64,000 nucleotides of DNA from Octopus sinensis (Eukaryota), in contig NC_043000.1 of the NCBI RefSeq assembly GCF_006345805.1, positions 151,590,001-151,654,000 of the forward strand, written 5' to 3'. The notes beneath the pieces were generated by a model. It was not told the origin of the DNA. It did not search any database and saw only the letters and a list, made by a program, of their open reading frames with translations. A program made the translations under genes and the position numbers. Positions 56,585 to 64,000 of the stretch are shown here, piece by piece. Numbering within the stretch: position 1 is the first letter of the stretch; every line of letters starts with the position of its first letter.

Positions 56585-57220
56585 AGGTACAACAAATGCT
56601 TAGAATGTACAGAAAATAGACTTCTTCAAATGTCTGGGGGCATCCTTACAAGTAATAGATAGCTTCGGTTACCTAGGCGACCAAGTTAGCAGGGGAGGAG
56701 GAAGCTCTGAAAGTGTAGATGCTAGAATAGGAATGGGCTGGGCAAAGTTCAGAGAACTACTACTTCTCTCTCAGGGTGTAAGGCAGATTGTATGATGCCC
56801 GTGTACAAACAGCTATGCTACATGGCAATGAAACATGGGTTGTGACTACTGAGGACATGCAAAGGCTTGAAAGAAATGGAACCAGCAAGTTCCACTGGAT
56901 GGGTAATAGCAGTGTGCATGTACAAGAGAGTGTAACTGATTTGAGAGAAAAAGTGGGTGTAAGAGGCATCAGCTGTAATGTGCAAGAGAGGACTGTGCTG
57001 ATATCATCATGTGATGCCTACAGATGAGGATAGATGCTAAAAGAAGTGCTGATCTCTAATCGTGGAGAGAACCTGTGGAAGGAGCAGACCCGGGAAGATA
57101 TAGGACAAAGCAGCGAGAAATGATCTTCAGATATTGAGATCCTCACTGACAAGATGACAAGGTTCCAAGACTTCTGGCTATTTGCGGTGCTTGGGAAGAC
57201 ACACCGAGTAAAACAAGATC
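56585..57220 (+). mobile_element. RTE-clade LINE 3' fragment (decayed)
   Basis: Translates as DSFGYLGDQVSRGGGSSESVDARIGMGWAKFRELL and LYDARVQTAMLHGNETWVVTTEDMQRLERN, typical of RTE post-RT sequence. Confidence 0.75.
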
Positions 57221-57329
57221 ACAGCTATGGCCGATACCAGTGTTGCATAACCAGCCCATTTAAAAGTACCCTTGAATCGCCAGGCGATATGCTGTGCTTC
57301 AGAAGACCTGCTGAGTCGAGTGAAATCAT

Positions 57330-57652
57330 AGTCGTGGCCAATGGCAGTGCCGCCTGACTGGCACCTGTGCTGGTGGCATATAAAAAGCACTTTCCAAACA
57401 TGGTTGAGGCCAGTGCCCCCAACTGGCTCCCAAGGTGGTGGCATGTAAAAAGCACCATCCGAACATGGTCAATGCCAGTGTCACCTGATACTACACTCTC
57501 GAAGTGGTTGGCATTAGGAATGGCATCCAGCTGTAGAAACCTTGCCAGATCAGATTGGAGCCTGGTGCAACCTACTGGCTTGCCAGTCTTCAGTTAGACT
57601 GTCCAACCCATGCCAGCATGGAAAATGGACGTTAAACGATAATGATGATGAT
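57330..57652 (+). mobile_element. Family B element (diverged)
   Basis: Core and (gat)n tail. Confidence 0.7.
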
Positions 57653-58784
57653 GAGATGTGGATATATGTATGTAGGTGTGTGTGTTTGTGTGTACTCTTG
57701 TCTAGAAATCATGTAATGTTTGTAAATGTGCATCATTGGCATACAAACCAAGGTTGTTCATTTCAGGCTAATGAGAAATGTCACCTTACTTGGAAACGGG
57801 AAAGTTGACAAGATGGTCATCAGGCTGTAGAAAAATCTGCCTGAGCAAATTCTGTCCGACTCATGTAAGCTCGAAAAATAGGACATTAAATTATTATATA
57901 AATACATACATTTATATACACACACAAATATATATGTGTGTGTGTAAGCACTTAGAACACTTGTGAAATAATTTTGTCTAATGACCGGCTACTTCCCAAG
58001 TAGTTAATAGCTTCTGTTATGTATGTTATGCAGTGAAGGAGGGTGTACTGAAAGCATAGAAGCCAGAGTAAGAATGGGTTGAGAAACTTCAGGAAGCCCT
58101 GCCAGTAACAAAGGGCTTCTCTCTCAGATGTGATACTTGTGTACAAAGTCCAATGCTGCATATCAGCGAAATATAGGTTCTGAACACAGGAGCCACTGGA
58201 TCCTATAAAGGAGCTGTTGAGGTAGTGAACCACAAAACATGGTAGGAATTCCTTTGTCATAGCTGTCTCTCTTACATTACTCCTTCCAACAGCGTTTTCC
58301 ATGAATCCCTACACATCATACATTTACTTCTTTTATCCCCTCATCTACATACATCCTCAGTCATTGCTCTGTTCTATACATCCTCTGGGCCACATTGCTA
58401 TAACCAATGTGCAAAATACAAGGCAACCTAATTTGCACTGTATTCGTTTCTATTTAGAATTAGTCCTACTACTACACATGTGGTCTATCAATGCTGCAGT
58501 GTACAAATCCATCCACATCATCTGCACTTTTGATGCAGTTTTATGTTTGGGTGCCCTTATTCAGAGTTACTGTGAGCCTTGGGACCCATACTAGTAGTGT
58601 CTTTGGATCAGTATAGGAGTTTGCAGTAGCAAGGCAGAAGGTTGCTTGGCTATGTAGGCAGAGGAAAAGATGATAAAGCGCTACTTTCTTGTAGCATGTT
58701 ATGTACAATGTACATCATATATACATCATATATATTCTCCATATATGAATGAGAATATATAAATACACACACACACAAACATAC

Positions 58785-59178
58785 TTTTATTTTACTTGTT
58801 TCAGTCATTTGACTGTGGTCATGCTGGAGCACCGCCCTTAGTCGAGCAAATCGACCCCAGGACTTATTCTTTGTAAGCCCAGTACTTATTCTATCGGTCT
58901 CTTTTGCAGAACCGCTAAGTGGCGGGGACGTAAACACACCAGCATCGGTTGTCAAGCGATGTTGGGGGGAACAAACACAGACACACAAACACACACATTT
59001 ATATATATATACATATATACGACAGGCTTCTTTCAGTTTCCGTCTACCAAATCCACTCACAAGGCATTGGTCGGCCCGAGGCTATAGCAGAAGACACTTG
59101 CCCAAGGTGCCACGCAGTGGGACTGAACCCAGAACCAAGTGGTTGGTAAGCAAGCTACTTACCACACAGCCACTCCTA
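58785..59178 (-). mobile_element. SINE family A
   Basis: Full-length copy. Confidence 0.85.
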
Positions 59179-59273
59179 CACCTATATATATGCGTGTGTG
59201 TGTGTATCAGAACATGTAACTCCTGATAATTGTGTTGAGTGTCTTTTCTTTTGTTTGTTCACTCACTCGTGTG

Positions 59274-59313
<40 letters not shown>

Positions 59314-59784
59314 TACATCCATCCTCATCACTGTTTAACATCCATTTTCAATGCATGCATGGGTTGGACGGTTCACGGGAGATGGCCAGGTAGAAAAACT
59401 ACTACCCTATGCTACTGTGTCTATATTGGCAGGGTTTTTACAGTTGGGTGCCCTTCCTAACACCAGCCACCCTGCAGGGTGGACTTAGTGCTTTTTACAC
59501 ACATATATAAATTAATACAAACAGCTGGGCACAATATAAAACCCATAAAGGAAAAGTGACGGTTAAAGTTTTCCTTTTTATATTTATACATCTGGTGCAG
59601 CCTTCGGGCTCCCCAGACCCCAGTTGAACCGTCCAACCCATGCTAGCATGGAAAGCGGACGTTAAATGATGATGATGATGATACTTGTAGAAAGAAATAA
59701 AGATTTGTATGTGTGTACGTGTGCGTGCACACATATGTTTACGTATGCATATATAGGTATCCACAAATGTATTCATGCACGTAT

Positions 59785-59958
59785 AGGCGCAGGAGTGGCT
59801 GTGTGGTAAGTAGCTTGCTAACCAACCACATGGTTCCGGGTTCAGTCCCACTGCGTGGCATCTTGGGCAAGTGTCTTCTGCTATAGCCCCGGGCCGACCA
59901 ATGCCTTGTGAGTGGATTTGGTAGACGGAAACTGAAAGAAGCCTGTCGTATATATATG

Positions 59959-60009
<51 letters not shown>

Positions 60010-60232
60010 AGTGTGTGTATATATGTGTTTGTGTGTCTGTGTTTGTCCCCCTAGCATTGCTTGACAACCGATGCTGGTGTGTTTACGTCCCCGTCACTTA
60101 GCGGTTCGGCAAAAGAGACCAATAGAATAAGTACTGGGCTTACAAAAGAATAAGTCCCGGGGTCGATTTGCTCGACTTAAGACGGTGCTCCAGCATGGCC
60201 ACAGTCAAATGACTGAAACAAGTAAAAGAGAG
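59785..60232 (+). mobile_element. SINE family A
   Basis: Full-length copy with a long (TA)n. Confidence 0.85.
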
Positions 60233-60879
60233 AGTACAGACTTATACCTACACATATCCCAGAAGACTCTAGAGGCACAAAGAAAACAAGTCAGTTCACG
60301 GCTACAAAAAAACCTATACGTTAGTCAGTCGACAGTTTCATTGTAAATGTAATTAAAACTGGTCTCTTTTTACTATATTTATAGCCAAGTGACTTTCAGA
60401 TCTGAAACGCCAGCACCCCCCATCAAACAAGAAAAGCAAACAACTGAATCTCACTGTTCTGTTTTTTCTTTGAGTTGTTATAGAAACTACGAAACATGAC
60501 GTTATGTATACACACACATGTATACACACACATGTATACACACACATGTATGCACATGCATCTGTGTGAGTGTATATATGTATGTATGCATATCAACCTT
60601 AGTATTTGACTTGAATTTTGCTTTATGAGGTCTAAGAGGATAAGAGGCAAAGTTGACTATGGCAGGTTTTGAACTCAGAACATAAAGAACCAAAGCAAAT
60701 ACTGCATGGCATTATGTGGAATACTTAGTTAGTTAGTTAATTTTTTGGCTCAAAAAGCAAAAAGCAAGGCCATGTAGGGGGACATGGAGTTATGTACGGG
60801 GTGGTGTTCATGTAAAGAGTTCAGGTTACTTGAGGTCAAGGGAGACTTATAACAATTCAATAAATATAATAACAATAAT

Positions 60880-61570
60880 CCTTTGTACAATAGGCACAAG
60901 GCCTGAAATTCGGAGGGAGGGGACTAGTCGGTTACATCAATCACAGTACGCAACTGGTACTTAATTTATTGACCCTGAAAGGATGAAAAGCAAAGTCAAC
61001 CTCAGTAGAACTTGAACTCAGAACATAAAGCCACACAAAATACCACTAAGCATTTTGCTCAGTGTGCAAACAATTCTGCAAGCTCACTGCCTTAATAATA
61101 ATAATAATAATAATAATGGGTATATTGGGCTTCGTATATTTTACCCCAGTGTCACTTTGATGGCATGCACTGCTCTCTCACTCAATAATAATAATGGTAG
61201 TTTCAAATTTTGCCACAAGAGCAGTAATTTTGGGGGTGGGGATAAGACAATTACATTTTCCCCAGTCTTTCACAGGTACTTAATTTATTGACCCTGAAAG
61301 GATGAAAGATAAAGTGAACCTTGGTGGAATTTGAACTCAGAATGTAGCTGTGGGCAAAATACTGCTAAGCATTTTGCCCAGTATGCTAAAGATTCTGCCA
61401 GCTCACCACCTCAATAATAATAATACATAACAATTGCTACTACTATGCCACAAGGCCAGGAATATTGGGGGAGGGAGATCAGCCAATCAAATTGATCCTA
61501 TTTGACCCTGGAGAGATGAAAGATAAAATTAACCTCAACAGAATTTGAACTCAGAATGCAGAGACAAAGA
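60880..61570 (-). mobile_element. Cluster of three degraded Deu/Nin-like SINE copies separated by (aat)n
   Basis: Repeated tggtacttaatttattgaccctgaaaggatgaaa...gaatttgaactcagaa motifs. Confidence 0.65.
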
Positions 61571-62122
61571 ACAAATGCCTTAATTATAATGATAATATGA
61601 TTGATTACTAATGAGCACAAGGCCATCAATTTTATTGCAGGCACTTCCATCAATAGTCTATATCTTTGTATTTGATTGGAATCTATTTTATTGATCTTCA
61701 GAGGAATGAAAGAAAACGATGATTTCTAACATAGGTAAGAGACCACATTTTTTTTTTCTTTTTAAGGGAAGGGATATAATCATTTTAAGTTGAGTCCCCA
61801 GTACTTTATTGGTTCTTATCTTATCAATCTTCAAAGAGATGAAAGATACAGTCAGCCCAGCGTGATTTGAACTCAGAATATAAAAGGACAGAATTAAATA
61901 CCAAATATTTTACCCAATGCTCAACCATTTCTACTATCCATCAGAAACAAATGCTACTGATATTCAACAGTTTTGTGAAATTAGAAAACCTTAAGAATCC
62001 AACAAAATCATTCTACATGTGCCCTCTCGTAAAACTCCACATCAAAGGTATGTTCTACAACATATTTCGCCATAGTCCTGTGTTTGCAGGTCCTTCCATC
62101 TATCACCAATGAATTAGAAGGA

Positions 62123-62562
62123 TGAAAAAAGCACCATCCGAACGTGGCCGATGCCAGCGTTGCCTCGACTGGCTTCTGTGCCGGTGGCACATAAAAAGCA
62201 CCATCCGAACTTGGCCGATGCCAGCGCTGCCTCGACTGGCTCCAGTGCCAGTGGTACATAAAAAGCACTATCCGAACGTGGCCGTTGCCAGCGCCGCCTT
62301 GGCTGGCTTCCGTGCTGGTGACACGTTAAAAGCTCCAACCAATCGTGGCCGATGCCGGACCCCCCTGGCACCTGTGCTGGTGGCACGTAAAAAGCACCCA
62401 CTACACTCGCGGAGTGGTTGGTGTTAGGAAGGGTATCCAGCTGTAGAAACTCTGCCAGATCAGACTGGAGCCTAGTGCAGCTCCTGGCTTCACAAACACC
62501 GGTCGAACCGTCCAACCTGTGCTGGTGCGGAAAACGGACGTTAAACAATGATGATGATGATG
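62123..62562 (+). mobile_element. Family B element
   Basis: Four to five VNTR units, core and (gat)n tail. Confidence 0.8.
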
Positions 62563-63518
62563 AAAGTAAAGTTAGACACAGCAGAATTTGATCTCACAAT
62601 ATCTAAAACCAGAACAAATACTGCAAGGCATTTTTGCCCAAACTGGATATGTGTAATTCTTGGAATAGTTTGTTTCATGCTAAATGCCTTTCTAACATAT
62701 CACTAACTACTCAGCTGTGAACCAGAATAGCAATTTATTATTAGCCTGACTGGGGTCTTGCTTTTAGAGTTATGTACTTTGCCAAGGAGCAAAAACATAC
62801 CAGCACTAAAGTTTAAACTAATCATTCATAAAGTTCAGCTTTATGAGCTTAGCATACTTTGTACTTAAGATGGGCAGGAAGTGTGTGCTACTTTAAGATA
62901 TTATTCATGATACACTGACGATTATAAAGGGAATTGAACAGCATTTAAATGAGCTCCACTGCTGCTTCTTCAGTTACAAAAATGTAAATCTGGGAGATAT
63001 CAGATATTTCTTTTGTAAATGGATGCTCAAGCAGTAGGGACATGTGAAATGAAAATATAACACATAAAAAAAAAGAGAAGATACACATGGAACAGAAGAT
63101 AGTTGAGGTACATTGTTATTGTAAGATAAATTGCCTGATTAGGCTTGTAACAATATGTACTGAATAAAATAAAAGTACTCTGGTTGAAAAGAAATTTAGG
63201 TGATTTGCACTAGAAATATCTTGCAGCAATTTGAAACCTCAATCCTTATATTCATGACTCCTACACAATTCTTGCACAAGCCACAATTATGCCAAGTAAT
63301 AATAATACAGCTCTACAAGCCACGAAAGTCATTTAGCTGACATATGATAATGTTACATTTTGTTTACCAACTAGCTATAACTGTATTTAAGTCTGCATTC
63401 TAATATAAAAACATCAGATTGGAGTCTGGTGCAGCCTCTGGCTCTCCAGACCTCAACCAAACTGTCCAACCCATGCCAGCATGGAAAACAGATGTTAAAT
63501 GATGATGATGATGAAGAT

Positions 63519-63892
63519 GAGTGGCTGTGTGGTAAGTAGCTTGCTAACCAACCACATGGTCCGGGTTCAGTCCCACTGCGTGGCACCTTGGGCAAGTGTC
63601 TTCTTACTATAGCCTCGGGCCGACCAATGCCTTGTGAGTGGATTTGGTAGACGGAAACTGAAAGAAGCCTGTCGTATATATATATGTATATGTGTGTTTG
63701 TGTGTGTATGTTTGTCCCCCTAGCATTGCTTGACAACCGATGCTGGTGTGTTTACGTCCCGTCACTTAGCGGTTCAGCAAAAGAGACCAAAAGAATAAGT
63801 ACTGGGCTTACAAAGAATAAGTCCCGGGGTCGATTTGCTCAACTAAAGGCGGTGCTCCAGCATGGCCGCAGTCAAATGACTGAAACAAGTAA
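63519..63892 (+). mobile_element. SINE family A
   Basis: Near full-length copy. Confidence 0.85.
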
Positions 63893-64000
63893 AAAAAAAA
63901 ACAAAAAAAAACATATCTTGAAACTCATCCACATCATTATTTCATACCCATTTTCCATCCCGGAATGCGTTGGGTGGGTTGTCACAGACCAAGTCAGTTC

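Noticed and set aside
57952-58600. 116-aa and 97-aa ORFs in GC-richer unique sequence
   Set aside because: No recognisable domain or splice structure; probably an old unclassified TE.
59495-60067. 190-aa ORF and the many [17 protein letters not shown] / [21 protein letters not shown] ORFs
   Set aside because: Translations of SINE family A and its TA/TG microsatellite.

Overview
AT-rich, intron-rich eukaryotic genomic DNA. The repeat families look like those I recall from Octopus (coleoid cephalopod); this species assignment is inference. There are two convergent multi-exon genes, reconstructed by hand with frame-consistent GT-AG junctions. (1) The 3' part of a PHAF1/C16orf70 (UPF0183) orthologue on +: 5 exons, 293-9272. 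(2) A katanin p80 WD40 regulatory subunit (KATNB1-like) on -: 17 well-supported coding exons, 38887->12372, with a candidate first exon at 50154-50106 (about 587 aa if complete). Almost none of the supplied ORFs are genes; most are SINE or microsatellite read-throughs. Introns and the upstream region are packed with tRNA-headed SINEs of several families, CR1/L2- and RTE-type LINE relics, piggyBac/hAT/TcMar MITEs, non-autonomous Helitrons and a decayed mariner. The most notable signals are: two Penelope-style type I hammerhead ribozyme motifs with intact catalytic cores (47601-47682, 55423-55501) plus decayed ones; two long near-perfect fold-back hairpins next to KATNB1 exons; a 5x217-bp head-to-tail SINE multimer; head/tail-swapped modular SINEs with a candidate partner LINE; unusually long duplications flanking insertions; and a 10-nt let-7 seed match in the TE-free spacer between the two stop codons. 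No database search or folding computation was run; exon boundaries were counted by hand and repeat boundaries are approximate.
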